NCBI RefSeq assembly: GCF_037042905.1
Contig: NC_087263.1
Span: forward strand, 13,518,001 to 13,582,000
From: Lytechinus pictus
Lineage: Eukaryota
Direction of reading: 5' to 3'
Length of the DNA stretch: 64,000 nucleotides
Below are positions 40,407 to 55,000 of the stretch, piece by piece. Positions within the stretch are counted from its first letter, which is position 1, and each line of letters starts with the position of its first letter. The notes below the pieces were generated by a model, which was not told the origin of the DNA, made no database searches, and saw only the letters and a list, made by a program, of their open reading frames with translations. Position numbers and translations under genes: made by a program.

Positions 40407-41376
40407 CTTATTTAACAACAAAAAAGAAAGAAGTAATAAACAAATATATTCTGTCAAAAAGAGTGTTTGTTGTAAATTTCTTCTAATTATTGATATTGGA
40501 ATATAGTAGGAACTCTTTAAGTGCATTATGTGAAGTGATTGAGCTGTTCCTTTTCTTTGATATTCCCGACAGCCCCCCCCCCCCCCCCCCCCACGCAAGA
40601 ACGTAAAAGTTCGTTCAGGATTTGCACATGGTGTCACGCGCGTAAATGGCACTTTCGAAAAATTCTTTAAAAAATAAACGTAAAATTAGAGGGTCGAATG
40701 TTTACTACCAATGGAGAGGATATATATCTGACATTCCATATCTGACCAGGGAAGGGTATCGTAGCCAGCTCATTTTAAAAATCAATCGCCATTTATGAAG
40801 ATAACTATGATGGGATCAAATTTATCAACTGAAACAGTAAAATAGCCCTAATTCTTTCGCCAGTCAAAAAATAGTTCCAAAGTCATTGATATATCTTCTC
40901 AATTTGGGCAAAAGAAGTTCAGTAGTTACCATTTCTATAATCAGTGTTAGATTTTCAATTATATTCATACACTTTTGTCAATCAGCAATATCAAATTGAA
41001 AAAAAAATTCGAATGGGTTGGGTCGAACGAATATCTTTAGCCGTCCTGTTGTAATTAGGCTCATGATACCACATGGGTTTCCTGCACGCCATCAACGGCC
41101 GAGTAGCTCTGCATGGGAGGATTACCATAATGCGCTCAAGTAGGCTGTGAGACATAGACATACTACTAAAATCGCTATAAGGGGTCTAATTTCACGAAAT
41201 TTAGGAGGCACCTTTGGTGTGTGTTACGGGGCCCTCGCTCCCCCCCCCCCCCCACCTTAAACATTTTCTGGATCCGCCCCTTGATTATTCCATTTCCTTG
41301 AAAGTCCCAACAGTTTCCACAACGTGCAGGAACGAAAAAGCAAAGCAATTGAAACACTTCTTTTTATTTTACTTAC

Positions 41377-41571
41377 TCTCGCATTCGGGAAATGGTTCCG
41401 AGAAATGTCCAGTGCTTGTGCAGACCACAGATGATGGCCCAGTTAGCTTATGACTAGTTTGACAAGAAAAGTTGCATTCTTGACTGTAGTTTGCTGGAAC
41501 TCCATTTTCACAGGAAGAAAGTAAGGGTACTTCTATCCCTGATACGTTGCACGTTACATTTGGGCCTACAA
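41377..41571 (-). CDS. R4 CCP exon A
   Basis: 195 nt, AG/GTAAGT, open frame. Confidence 0.9.
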
Positions 41572-42337
41572 CTTATTTAAATAAAGAAAAGGAGAGCATC
41601 AACACATCATTCATCACTGGCATTTGAAAATGCGTTTTTAAAGTACTTTCACTCCTACATGCTGATTCGTCTAAATAACATCAAACATATAGACCCATTC
41701 TTACTATTTTTGCGATGTTTAAAATGAAACGCCTACTGAAGCAAATTTACTATTCCAAGACGACAATTGCCACCTTTCGCGAACCTCAGGGACGGTAACA
41801 TTAGGGTCCCGTGACACAAAGGTTAACAATTAATCGTACGATACTAGATTTTCACAATTGATTGAATGTTGTAGTCAATAGAATCAATTGTAGAAAATTG
41901 TTTCTGTTACGGACCCTAGATCTGCGTTTCGTGTGCAAAATTCATTCATGCGACACCATGCATGCCTTTCGCAAGTTGTGAGATTAGAGATTCCCGTGCT
42001 TTCACATACATACGACTGGTCATGACAGCATGCCCGCCTGACCCTGGAATTGTACTCCTGCCGCTGGGCTGGAGAAATGAGAAACACTTCGGTACATGCC
42101 TACATGGTGTATTATGACATGAATAAGAAAATGATTTTTCAAACAAATTGAGTACATATTAAGTGAGGAAAAATATTATTGAATTAAGGCGGACACCCAC
42201 CCCTTAAAAACATTTAAAATGACTCGAAAAGATCAAGCGCGTACAAAGTTCCACATTTTATTCTCCTGCGTGTTGTTTCTTACGTATTGGTATGCATGTT
42301 ACAAATGTAGTACTTTCAAGGGCGCAGGGTGGTTTGA

Positions 42338-42820
42338 GCATGGGGAGGTGGAACTAAAGCGGTATGGAGGTGCACCAGTGGCGTATCTAGGGCAAATGGC
42401 GCCCGCGGCAAGTGCTAAAATCGCGCCCCTTATATATTTCTACACTTAATAAAGACATGACAAGTCAAGGCATACTATTAATGCGAGTGCGAATATTTTT
42501 CAATATCAAGACGTTAAGATGGAATATTCTAAGTTAATTATTTTTAAAATGATATAACATGATTCGTATTTAAAATGGGCATGGGGAGGTGAAACTAAAG
42601 CGGTATGGGGGTGCACCAGTGGCGTATCTAGGGCAAATGGCGCCCGGGGCAAGTGCTAAAATCGCTCCCCTTATATATTTCTACACTTAGTAAAGACATG
42701 ACAAGTCAAGGCATACTATCAATGCGAGTGCGAATATTTTTCAGTATTAAGACGTTAAGATGGAATATTCTAATTCTAATTATAATTCTTTTTAAAATGA
42801 TATAACGTGATTCATATTTA
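42338..42820. repeat. Local ~236-bp tandem duplication in R4
   Basis: gcatggggaggtg...tatttaa present at 42338-42573 and again from 42579. Confidence 0.9.
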
Positions 42821-43581
42821 ACTAAACAACGAATGCGAAGCGCGAACTGAAAAATATCAGAATTTAGACCTGAAATCGGGACATTTTAGGGCGAAGTAAT
42901 CCCACGATGCGTACCTAACTTAGCAACCAATGCAAGCACGAGGGTTCAGCTGAAATACTTATACTTGAAAGGAAAAAGTTTTAAGGACTATATGTACGAA
43001 TTCATGAAAAGGATCCGTATCTCATCAGCATAATGCGAGCGCGAAGCGCGAGCTCATTTTTTTCATATCCTCACCTCAAAAGGGACATTTTAATAAATGT
43101 TTGTAAAAGTAAATGAAGAGGATTTGTATTTCCAATATCAAATCAGAGCCTGATGAAAGCTTTGAATATTAAACAAGAAAAAAATTGTATATCAGAACTG
43201 TTTGTAAAAATTACTAAAGAGTAACGTATCAAAATGCACACCTGTAGCTAGAGATGAAAATTTATTATATTTGCTTTTGAAAAGGAATATTTTAAGGACA
43301 GTTTGTTAGAATTTCTGAGGAGAATAAGTATGTAACTAATCAAAAGTTGGCAGAAATACTCATCCCTGAGTAAAGACATGTATTTTCTAAATGTGTTAGA
43401 ACACATTTTTAAATGTGTTGAAAACTAAATTACCATGGTCATACATTAATTCCTTTGTTTTCTTTCTAAATTTTTGTAATTTCTTTTTCTTTCTTTGCGT
43501 CCCCTGAAAGTGGCGCCTTGGGCATGTGCCCCGTGTCCCCCGCTAGATACGCCACTGGCCGGTGCACATCTTGGGGAGGTG

Positions 43582-43799
43582 CAGTGGCGTACCTAGGATT
43601 TTCCACAGGGGGGGGGGGGCAAAAAGAAAAGGTCTTCAACCACAAATAAAGGATTTCGTACCAGAAAAAAATTTGAAAAAAAAAAAAAAAAAAAAAAGGT
43701 CTTCAAGACTCGTCAGGGGATGCAGGGATATGTCCCTTGCAAGGTTTGTGACTCGTCAGGGGGGGGGGGGGCAGTCTGCCCCCCGTAGGTACGCTAGTG
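43582..43799. mobile_element. Same hAT-like MITE insertion (R4)
   Basis: Same site, TIRs and TSD as 14839-15130. Confidence 0.9.
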
Positions 43800-44224
43800 G
43801 GGAGGTGGAACTAAAGTTTGGAAAATCAGCTGTTAAAAGCAGAAGAAGTGTTACAAATTTCGTTTTGCTTGCCAGTGTCGGAGCTCCTCTACCAAAGCAG
43901 GAGGGTGCACGTGCAATAAAAAAAAACTCCTGTGTGGAGCGTTTTGGCCCAGTGGATTAGTCTCCAGACATTGGAATAGAGGGTCGTACGTTCGAATCCC
44001 AGCAAAGATATTGATGGTCATTGTGCTGCACTCAATTTAGGATATGTTAATGGATACATGGCAGCGATTTATTCCTTGAAACGCTTCAGCGCGGAACAGT
44101 ATACATGTACCTCTATGCTCAAACAGGGTTAATTATGCTGCATTTATTGTAGAGCGCTTTATACAGACATGATATTAGGCGCTATGTTATCGAGTACAAT
44201 CAATACTAAATATTAAAAACTTAC

Positions 44225-44332
44225 CACCGTATGAAAGCTTTGGAACATAGAAGGGCGGGGGAGATGCATTGCAGTTACACGATTGTCCGTTGCTGAGACA
44301 CACACTTTCGTGGGGTGCTGTTATAAATATGT
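44225..44332 (-). CDS. R4 linker exon L (CLSN variant)
   Basis: 108 nt, AG/GTAAGT, open frame. Confidence 0.82.
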
Positions 44333-45507
44333 CTAAAAGGAAACAAGAATGGTGTGTTCTGGTTGATTATTTGATGTTTAATCTTTTATTTTATTGCTAA
44401 GATTGGGCAGTACACTGTAACAAAATATTGGGTAAAATTTTAACCAGCACGAGGGTAATCATGCTTCCAACCAATTTTGGACAGTATTTTACCCAATGCA
44501 GGAAGCATATTGTCCAGTAACTTTAAGCAGCAATTACTTTAGAATGGGCAAAATATTAATCACACTGGATAAATAAAAATGCCCAAAACAAATTCCCAAT
44601 GTTGGTTGGACCCATAATTACCCACATGGAGCATTTTTACACAATATTTTTAGAGTGTACTGTATGCATGGTATGAGTAGCCATAAACAACGGACCTCGT
44701 GAAACGAACAAAAACCTCAAATGATGAAAAGTTTACACCAACGGGCATTAAAGGAGAAATATATTGATTATGAATATGGCCTTATTATATATCAGTGGAA
44801 AGGTAATGATGTGGGAATTATCATTTGGTCATTCAAAAATAACGAAAATAATACATAAGGAGGAAATCGCCAATTAATAAGCGCTAAAATGCCTCTCCGT
44901 AATATGCCTCGCATCGGTCTCTGAATTGACTCGATGACGTGTATGTGTGTACGAGAGACGTGATTGGTTCTCCCACGTCAAGCTCCACTTACAACTTATT
45001 GAACAAAAGAAAATAAAAAAGTTATCAACAAAATTCAATATATTGCGTCAAAAATACTGTTGTACTTTTCTTTTATTAAGTAATATTGATATCCAGTAGG
45101 CCTAGAAACTCTTAAATGCATTTTGTGTAGTGTTCGATTGTTCCTTTTTTTTAAAGTCCCAATAGTCTCCCCGATATGCAATAACGTAAAAGGTAGATTT
45201 GCAGTTGTAATACTTCATTCTATTTTACTAATTCGGGCAAATACAAAACAAATATGTCATCAAATCAACTACAGATAAATAATAAAAGTTATACAATAGT
45301 AACAACAGCTTGTATGGAAATGACCGATCCACTGAGGACTATTACGTAACTTCTATTTTTATATTAAGGTCTGGAGGAACTACTTGTTGGAAGTTGTGCA
45401 TCCACTTCATTTGTTTGTGATATCTCCCAACAATCGTCCTCGGGATGCACGAATGTCAAGTTAAATTAATGTATACAGTTCATCTCACTTCATATTATTT
45501 CACTTAC

Positions 45508-45690
45508 CCTGACATTCGGGAAATGGTTCAGAGAAATATCCGGTGCTTGTGCAGTTAACAGATGATGGCCCAATCAGTTCATAACCAGTTTGACAAGAAA
45601 AGGTGCATTCTTGACTGTAGTTTACTGGAAATCCATTTTCACACGATGAAAGTAAGGGGTCTTCTATCGATGATACGTTGCATGTTACAA
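45508..45690 (-). CDS. R3 CCP exon B
   Basis: 183 nt, AG/GTAAGT, open frame. Confidence 0.9.
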
Positions 45691-46641
45691 CTTATTTAAC
45701 AACAAAAAAAGAAAGAAGTAATAAACAAATATATTCTGTCAAAAAGAGTGTTTGTTGTAAATTTCTTCTAATTATTGATATTGGAATATAGTAGGAACTC
45801 TTTAAATGCATTATGTGAAGTGATTGAGGTGTTCCTTTTCTTTGATATTGCGAACAGTCCCCCCACGCAAAAACGTAAAGTTCGTTCAGGATTTGCACAT
45901 GGTGTCACGCGCGTAAATGGCACTTTTAAAAATTCTTTAAAAATAAGCGTAAAATTAGAGGGTCGAATGTTTGCTACCATTGAAGAGGATATATTTCTGA
46001 CATTCCGTGTCTGACCAGAGAAGGGTATTGTAGCCAGCTCATTTTAAAAACTAATCGCCATATATGAAGATAACTATGATGGGATCAAATTTATCAACTG
46101 AAACAGTAAAATAGCCCTAAGTCTTACGCCAGTCAAAATATAGTTCCAAAGTTGTTGATATATCTTCTCAATTTGGGCAAAGGAAGTTCAGTAGTTAATT
46201 TCTAGAATCCGTGTTAGATTTTCAATTATATTCATACACTTTTGTCAATCAGCAATATCAAATTGAAAAAAAAATCGAATGGGTTGGGTCGAATGAATAT
46301 CTTTAGCCTTCCTGTTGTAATTAGGCTCATGAAACCACATGGGTTTCCTGCACGCCATCAACGGCCGAGTAGCTCTGCATGGGAGGATTACCATAATGCG
46401 CTCAAGGAGGCTGCGAGACATAGACATACTACTAAAATCGCTATAAGGGTTCTAATTTCACGAAATTTAGGAGGCACATTTGGTGCGTGTTACGGGGCCA
46501 TCGCCCCCCCCCCCACCTTTAAACATTTCTGGATCCGCCCCTTGATTGTTCCATTTCCTTGAAAGTCCCAACAGTTTCCACGACATGCAGGAACGAAAAA
46601 GTATAGTTAGCAATTGTAACACTTCTCTTCATTTTACTTAC

Positions 46642-46836
46642 TCTCGCATTCGGGAAATGGTTCTGAGAAATGTCCAGAGTATGTGCAGACCACAGATGAT
46701 GGCCCAGATAGCTTATGACTAGTTTGACAAGAAAAGTTGCATTCTTGACTGTAGTTTGCTGGAACTCCATTTTCACAGGAAGAAAGTAAGGGTACTTCTA
46801 TCCCTGATACGTTGCACGTTACATTTGGGCCTACAA
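46642..46836 (-). CDS. R3 CCP exon A (CTYSG variant)
   Basis: 195 nt, AG/GTAAGT, open frame. Confidence 0.9.
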
Positions 46837-48986
46837 CTTATTTAAATAAAGAAAAGGAGAGCATCAACACATCATTCATCACTGACATTTGAAAATACGT
46901 TTGTTAAGTACTTTCACTCCTACATGCTGATTCGTCCAAATAACATCAAACATATACACCTATTCTTACTATTTTTGCGATGTTTAAAATGAAACGCCTA
47001 CTGAAGCAAATTTACTATTCCAAGACGACAATAGCCACCTTTCGCGAACCTCAGGGACGGTAACATTAGGGTCCCGTAACACAAAGGTTAACAATTAATC
47101 GTACGACACTAGATTTTCACAATTGATTGAACATTGTAGTCAATAAAATTAAATGTAGAAATTTGTTTGTGTTACGGGCCCTAGATCTGCGTTTCGTATG
47201 CAAAATTCATTCATGCGAATCCATGCATGACTTTCGCAAGTTGTGAGATTAGAGAATCCGTGCTTTCACATACATACGACTGGTCATGACAGCATGCCCG
47301 CCTGACCCTGGGACTGTACTCCTGCCGCTGGGCTGGAGATATGAGAAACACTTCGCGTACATGCCTACATGGTGTATTATGACATGAAAAAGAAAATGGT
47401 TTTTCAAACAAATTGAGTACATATTAACCCTTGAGGAAAAATGTTATTGAATTAAGGCGGACACCCACCCCTTAAAAACACTTAAAAGTACTCGAAAAGG
47501 TCAAGCGCGTACAAAGTTCCACATTTTATTATCCTGTGTGTTGTTTCTTACGTATTGGTATGCATGTTACAAATGTAGTACTTTCAAGGGCGCAGGGTGG
47601 TTTGAGCATGGGGTGGTGGAACTAAAGCGGTATGGGGGTGCACCAGCGGCGTATCTAGGGCAAATGACACCCGGGGCAAGTGCTAAAATCGCACCCCTTA
47701 TATATTTCTACACTTAGTAAAGACATGACAAGTCAAGGCATACTATTAATGCGAGTGCGAATATTTTTCAATATCAAGACGTTAAGATGGAATATTCGAA
47801 GTTAATTCTTTTTAAAATGATATAACATGATTCGTATTTAACTAAACAACGAATGCGAAGCGCGAGCTGAAAAATATTAGAATTTAGACCTGAAATCGGG
47901 ACATTTTAGGGCGAAGTAATCCCACGATGCGTATCTAACTTAGCAATCAATGCAAGCACGAGGGTTCAGCTGAAACACTTATACTTGAAAGAAAAAAGTT
48001 TTAAGGACTATATGTACGAATTCATGAAAAGGATCCGTATCTTATCAGCGTAATGCGAGCGCGAAGCGCGAGCTCATTTTTTTCATATCCTCACCTTAAA
48101 AGGGACATTTTAATAATTGTTTGTAAAAGTCAATGAAGAGGATTTGTATTTCCAATATCAAATCAGAGCGTGATGAAAGCTTTGAATATTAAACCAGAAA
48201 AACATTTTATTTCAGAACTGTTTGTAAGAATTACTAAAGAGTTAAACGTATCGGAATGCACACCTGTAGCTAGAGATGAAAATTTATGATTTCTGAGGAG
48301 AATAAGTATGTAAGTAATCAAAAGTTGGCACAAATATGCATCCCTGAGTAAAGACATGTATTTTCAAATTTGTGTTAGAACACATTTTTAAATATGTTGA
48401 AAACTAAATTACCATGGTCATACATTTATTCCTTTGTTTTTTTTCTTCATTTTTGTGTTTTCTTTTTCTTCCTTTGCTTCCCCTGACAGTGGCGCCTGGG
48501 GCACGTGCTCCCCTTGTCTCCCGCTAGATACGCCACTGGCCGGTGCACATCTTGGGGAGGTGGAACTAAAGTTTGAAAAATCAGCTGTTGAAAGCAGAAG
48601 AAGGGTTACAAATTTCGTTTTGCTTGCCAGTGTCGGAGCTCCTCTACCAAAGCAGGAGGGTGCACGTGCAATCAAGAAACTCCTGAGTGGAGCGTTTTGG
48701 TCCAGTGGATTAGTCTCCAGACATTGGAATAGAGGGTCGTACATTCGAATCCCAGCCAAGGCGTTATTTCCTTCAGCAAGATATTGATGGTCATTGTGCT
48801 GCACTCAATTTAGGTAATGTTAATGGGTACATGGCAGCGGTTTATTCCTTGAAACGCTTGAGCGCGGAACAGTTTACCTCTGCTTAAACAGGGTTTATTA
48901 TGCTCCATTTATTGTAGAGCGCTTAGAGACATGATAATAGGCGCTATGTAATCGAGTACAATTAATACTATATATTAAAAACTTAC

Positions 48987-49094
48987 CACCATATGAAAGC
49001 TTTGGAACATAGAAGGGCGGGGGAGATGCATTGCAGTTACACGATTGTCCGTTACTGAAACACACACTTTCGTGGGGTGCTGTTATAAATATGT
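48987..49094 (-). CDS. R3 linker exon L
   Basis: 108 nt, AG/GTAAGT, open frame. Confidence 0.82.
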
Positions 49095-50270
49095 CTAAAA
49101 GGAAACAAAAATGGTGTGTTCTGGTTGATTATTTGATGTTTAATCTTTTATTTTGTTGCTAAGATTGGGCAGTACACTGTAAAAAAATATTGGGTAAAAT
49201 TTTAAGCAGCACGAGGGTAATCATGTGTCCAACCAATTTTGGACAGTATTTTACCCAATGCAGGAAGCATATTGTCCAGTAACTTTAAACAATAAGCAAA
49301 AACAATGGGCAAAATATTAATCACACTGGATAAATAAAAATGCCCAAAACAAATTTCCAATGTTGGTTGGACCCATAATTACCCCCATTGAGCATTTTTA
49401 CACAATATTTTTAGAGTGTACTGTATACATGGTATGAGCAGCCATAAACAACGGACCTCGTGAAACGAACAAAAAACTCAAATGATGAAAAGTTAACACC
49501 AAAGGGCATTAAAGGAAAAATATATTGATTATGAATATGGCCTTATTATATATCAGTGGAAAGGTAATGATGTGGGAAGTATCATTTTGTCATTAAAAAA
49601 TAACGAAAATACATAAGGTGGAAATCGCCAATTAAAAAGCGCTAAAATGCTTCTCCGAAATATGCCTCGCATCGGTCTCTGAATTGACTTGATGACGTGT
49701 ATGTGTGTACGAGAGACGTGATTGGTTCTCCCACGTCAAGCTCAACTTACAACTTATTGAACAAAAGAAAAAAGTTATCAACAAAATTTAGTATATTCCG
49801 TCAAAAAGACTGTTGTACTTTGCTTTTATTTAGTGATATTGATACCCAGTAGGCCTAGAAACTCTTAAATGCATTTTGTGTAGTGTTCGATTGTTCCTTT
49901 TCTTTGAAAGTCCCAAAATAGTCTCCCCGAGATGCAAGAACGTAGAAGGTAGTTTAGCAGTTGTAATACTTCATTCTATTTTACTTATTCGGGCAAATAC
50001 AAAACAAATATGTCATCAAATCAACTACTGATAAATAATATAAGTTTAATGGTAACAGCAGCTTGTATGGAAATGACCGATCCACTGAGGACTATTACGT
50101 AACTTCTATTTTTATATTAAGGTCTGGAGGAACTACTTGTTGGAAGTTGTGCATCCACTCCGTTTGTTTGATCTGTTTGTGATATCTTCCCAACAATCGT
50201 CCTCGGGATGCACGAATGTCAAGTTAAATTAATGTATACAGTTCATCTTACTTCATATTATTTCACTTAC

Positions 50271-50453
50271 CCTGACATTCGGGAAATGGTTTAGAGAAAT
50301 ATCCGGTGCTTTTGCAGTTAACAGATGATGGCCCTCTCAGTTCATAACCAGTTTGACAAGAAAAGGTGCATTCTTGACTGTAATTTACTGGCAATCCATT
50401 TTCACACGATGAAAGTAAGGGGTCTTCTATCGATGATACGTTGCATGTTACAA
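50271..50453 (-). CDS. R2 CCP exon B (CKSTG and FSKP variant)
   Basis: 183 nt, AG/GTAAGT, open frame. Confidence 0.9.
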
Positions 50454-51405
50454 CTTATTTAACAACAAAAAAGAAAGAAGTAATAAACAAATATTCTGTC
50501 AAAAAGAGTGTTTGTTGTAAATTTCTTCTAATTATTGATATTGGAATATAGAAGGAACCTTTTAAGTGCATTATGTGAAGTGATTGAGCTGTTCCTTTTC
50601 TTTGATATTGCCAACAGTCCCCCCCCCCCCCACGTAAAAACGTAAAAGTTCGTTCAGGATCTGCACATGGTGTCACACGCGTAAATGGCACTTTTGAAAA
50701 ATTCTTTAAAAATAAACGTCAAATTAAAGGGTCGAATGTTTGCTACCATTGAAGAGGATATATATCTGACATTCCATGTCTGACCAGAGAAGGGTATTGT
50801 AGCCAGCTCATTTTAAAAATAAATCGCCATATATGAAGATAACTATGATGGGATCAAATTTATCAACTGAAACAGTAAAATAGCCCTAATTCTTCCGCCA
50901 GTGAAAAAAATTGTTCCAAAGTCATTGATATATCTTCTCAATTTGGGCAAAGGAAGTTTAGTAGTTAATTTTTAGAATCAGTGTTAGATTTTCAATTATA
51001 TTCATACACTTTTGTCAATCAGCAATATCAAATTGAAAAAAATCGAATGGGTTGGGTCGAACGAATATCTTTAGCCTTCCTGTTGTAATTAGGCTCATGA
51101 AACCATGGGTTTCCTGCACGCCATCAACGGCCGAGTAGCTCTGCATGGGAGGATTACCATAATGCGCTCAAGGAGGCTGCGAGACATAGACATACTACTA
51201 AAATCGCTATAAGGGGTCTAATTTCACGAAATTTAGGAGGCACCTTTGGTGCGTGTTACGGGGCCCTCGCCCCCCCCCCCCCATCTTTAAAAAATTCTGG
51301 ATCCGCCCCTTGATTATTCCATTTCCTTGAAAGTCCCAACAGTTTCCACGATATGCAGGAACGAAAAAGTATAGCAATTGAAACACTTCTTTTTATTTTA
51401 CTTAC

Positions 51406-51600
51406 TCTCGCATTCGGGAAATGGTTCCGAGAAATGTCCAGAGCGTGTGCAGACCACAGATGATGGCCCAGTTAGCTTATGACTAGTTTGACAAGAAAAG
51501 TTGCATTCTTGACTGTAGTTTGCTGGAACTCCATTTTCACAGGAAGAAAGTAAGGGTACTTCTATCCCTGATACGTTGCACGTTACATTTGGGCCTACAA
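51406..51600 (-). CDS. R2 CCP exon A (GPN and CTRSG variant)
   Basis: 195 nt, AG/GTAAGT, open frame. Confidence 0.9.
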
Positions 51601-53802
51601 CTTATTTAAATAAAGAAAAGGAGAGCATCAACACATCATTCATCACTGACATTTGAAAATGCGTTCGTTAAGTACTTTCACTCCTACATGCTGATTCGTC
51701 TATATAACATCAAATATATAGACCTATTCTTACTATTTTAGCGATGTTTAAAATGAAACGCCTACTGAAGCAAATTTACTATTCCAAGACGACAATAGCC
51801 ACCTTTCGCGAACCTCAGGGCCGGTAACATTAGGGTCCCGTGACACAAAGGTTAACAATTAATCGTACGACACTAGATTTTCACAATTGATTGAACGTTG
51901 TAGTCAATATAAATTTTTTTAGAAAATTGTTTCTGCTACGGGCCCTAGATCTGCGTTTCGTGTGCAAAATTCATTCATGCGACATCATGCATGCCTTTCG
52001 CAAGTTGTGAGATTAGAGAATCCCGTGCTTTCACATACATACGACTGGTCATGACAGCATGCCCGCCTGACCATGGAATTGTACTCATGCCGCTGGGCTG
52101 GAGAAATGAGAAACACTTCGCGTACATGCCTACATGGTGTTTTATGACATGAATAAGAAAATGTTTTTTCAAACAAATTGAGTACATATTAAGTGAGGAA
52201 AAATATTATTGAATTAAGGCGGACACCCACCCCTTAAAAACACTTAAAAGTACTCGAAAAGGTCAAGCGCGTACAAAGTTCCACATTTTATTCTCCTGCG
52301 TGTTGTTTCTTACGTTTTGGTTTGCATGTTACAAATGTAGTACTTTCAAGGGCGCAGGGTGGTTTGAGCATGGGGAGGTGGAACTAAAGCGGTATGGGGG
52401 TGCACCAGTGGCGTATCTAGGGCAAATGGCGCCCGTGGCAAGTGCTAAAATGGCGCCCGCGGCAAGTGTTAAAATCGCGCCCCTTATATACATTGTATTT
52501 CTACACTTAATAAAGACATGACAAGTGAAGGCATACTATCAATGCGAGTGCGAATGTTTTTCAATATTAAGACGTTAAGATGGAATATTCTAAGTTAATT
52601 CTTTTTAAAATGATATAACATGATTCGTATTTAACTAAACAACGAATGCAAAGCGCGAGCTGAAAAATATTAGAATTTAGACCTGAAATCGGAACATTTT
52701 AGGGCGAAGTAATCCCACGATGCGTATCTAACTTAGCAATCAATGCAAGCACGAGGGTTCAGCTGAAATACTTATACTTGAAAGGAAAAAGGTTTAAGTG
52801 CTATATGTACGAATTCATGAAGGGATCCGTATCTCATCAGCGTAATGCGAGCGCGAAGCGCGAGCTCATTTTTTTAATATCCTCACCTAAAAAGGGAAAT
52901 TTTTATAATTGTTTGTAAAAGTCAATGAAGAGGATTTGTATTTCCAATATCAAATCAGAGCGTGATGAAAGCTTTGAATATTAAACAAGAAAAAAATTAT
53001 ATTTCAGAACTGTTTGTAAGAATTACTAAAGAGTAACGTACATGTATCAAAATGCACACCTGTAGCTAGAGATGAAAATTTATGATATTTGCTTTTGAAA
53101 AGGAATATTTTAAGGACAGTTTGTTAGAATTTTTGAGGAGAATAAGTATGTAACTAATCAAAAGTTGGCACAAATATTCATCCCTGAGTAAAGACATGTA
53201 TTTTCTAAATGTGTTGAAAACTAAATTACCATGGTAATACATTTATTCCTATGTTTTCTTTCTTCATTTTTGTGTTTTCTTTTTCTTTCTTTGCGTCCCC
53301 TGAAAGTGGCGCCTGGGGCAGGTGCCCCCTTGTCCCCTGCTAGATACGCCACTGGCCGGTGCACATGTTGGGGAGGTGGAACTAAAGTTTGAAAAATCAG
53401 CTGTTGAAAGCAGAAGAAGGGTTACAAATTTCGTTTTGCTTGCCAGTGTCGGAGCTCCTCTACCAAAGCAGGAGGGTGCACGTGCAATCAAGAAACTCCT
53501 GAGTGGAGCGTTTTGGTCCAGTGGATTAGTCTCCAGACATTGGAATAGAGGGTCGTACATTCGAATCCCAGCCAAGGCGTTATTTCCTTCAGCAAGATAT
53601 TGATGGTCATTGTGCTGCACTCAATTTAGGTAATGTTCATGGGTACATGGCACCGACTTATTTCTTGAAACGCTTGAGCGTGGAACAGTATACCTCTGCT
53701 TAAACAGGGTTAATTATGCTCCATTTATTGTAGAGCGCTTAGAGACATGATGATAGGCGCTATGTAATCGAGTACAATTAATACTAAATATTAAAAACTT
53801 AC

Positions 53803-53910
53803 CACCGTATGAAAGCTTTGGAACATAGAAGGGCGGGGGAGATGCATTGCAGTTACACGATTGTCCGTTACTGAAACACACACTTTCGTGGGGTGCTGTT
53901 ATAAATATGT
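53803..53910 (-). CDS. R2 linker exon L, DIFITAPHESVCFSNGQSCNCNASPPPFYVPKLSYG
   Basis: 108 nt, AG/GTAAGT, open frame. Confidence 0.82.
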
Positions 53911-54786
53911 CTAAAAGGAAACAAGAATAGTGTGTTCTGGTTGATTATTTGATGTTTAATCTTTTATTTTATTGCTAAGATTGGGCAGTACACTGTAAAC
54001 AAATATTGGGTAAATTTTAACCAGCACGAGGGTAATCACGTGTCCAACCAATTTTGGATAGTATTTTACCCAATGCAGGAAGCATATTGTCCAGTAACTT
54101 TAAACAATAAGCAGCAATTACTTTAGAATGGGCAAAATATTAATCACACTGGATAAATAAAAATGCCCAAAACAAATTCCCAATGTTGGTTGGACCCATA
54201 ATTACCCACATGGATCATTTTACACAATATTTTTAAAGTGTACTGTATGCATGGTATGAGCAGCCATAAACAACGGACCTCGTGAAACGAACAAAAACCT
54301 CAAATGATGAAAAGTTAACACCAAAGGGCATTAAAGGAGAAATATATTGATTATGAATATGGCCTTATTATATATCAGTGGAAAGGTAAAGATGTGGGAA
54401 TTATCATTTGGTCATTCAGAAATAACGAAAATAATACATAAGGTGGAAATCGCCAATTAAAAAGCGCTAAAATTCCTCTCCGAAATATGCCACGCATCGG
54501 TCTCTGAATTGACTCGATGACGTGTATGTGTGTACGAGAGACGTGATTGGTTCTCCCACGTCAAGCTCCACTTACAACTTATTGAACGAAAGAAAAGAAA
54601 AAAGTTATCCACAAAATGTAATATATTCCGTCAAAAAGACTGTTGTACTTTTCTTTTATTTAGTGATATTGATATCCAGTAGGCCTAGAAACTCTTAAAT
54701 ATATTTTGTGTAGTGTTCGATTGTTGCTTTTCTTTGAAAGTCCCAATAGTCTCCCCGAGATGCAAGAACGTAGAAGGTAGTTTAGC

Positions 54787-55000
54787 GGTGACACGACATC
54801 TGCTCCTGCGACAATTGCTCCGGCCTTAATATCTCAGAAGGCATAGGATTAGAGTTAGGATTGTGATAGAGTTTTTGGTTCAGAATATTGTAATGATTAC
54901 GATTAGGGTTTATTTAGTTTTGGACGTTAGGTTTTATGTTTTGCTTAATGTGTAGATTTTCCATCGGAGCAATTGTCGCCGGAGCAAATGTCATGGAACC
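54787..55000. mobile_element. Unit-specific MITE with 8-bp TSD AGTTTAGC
   Basis: ~36-bp imperfect TIRs (GGTGACACGACATCTGCTCCTGCGACAATTGCTCCG); degenerate TTAGGG-like interior. Confidence 0.9.
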
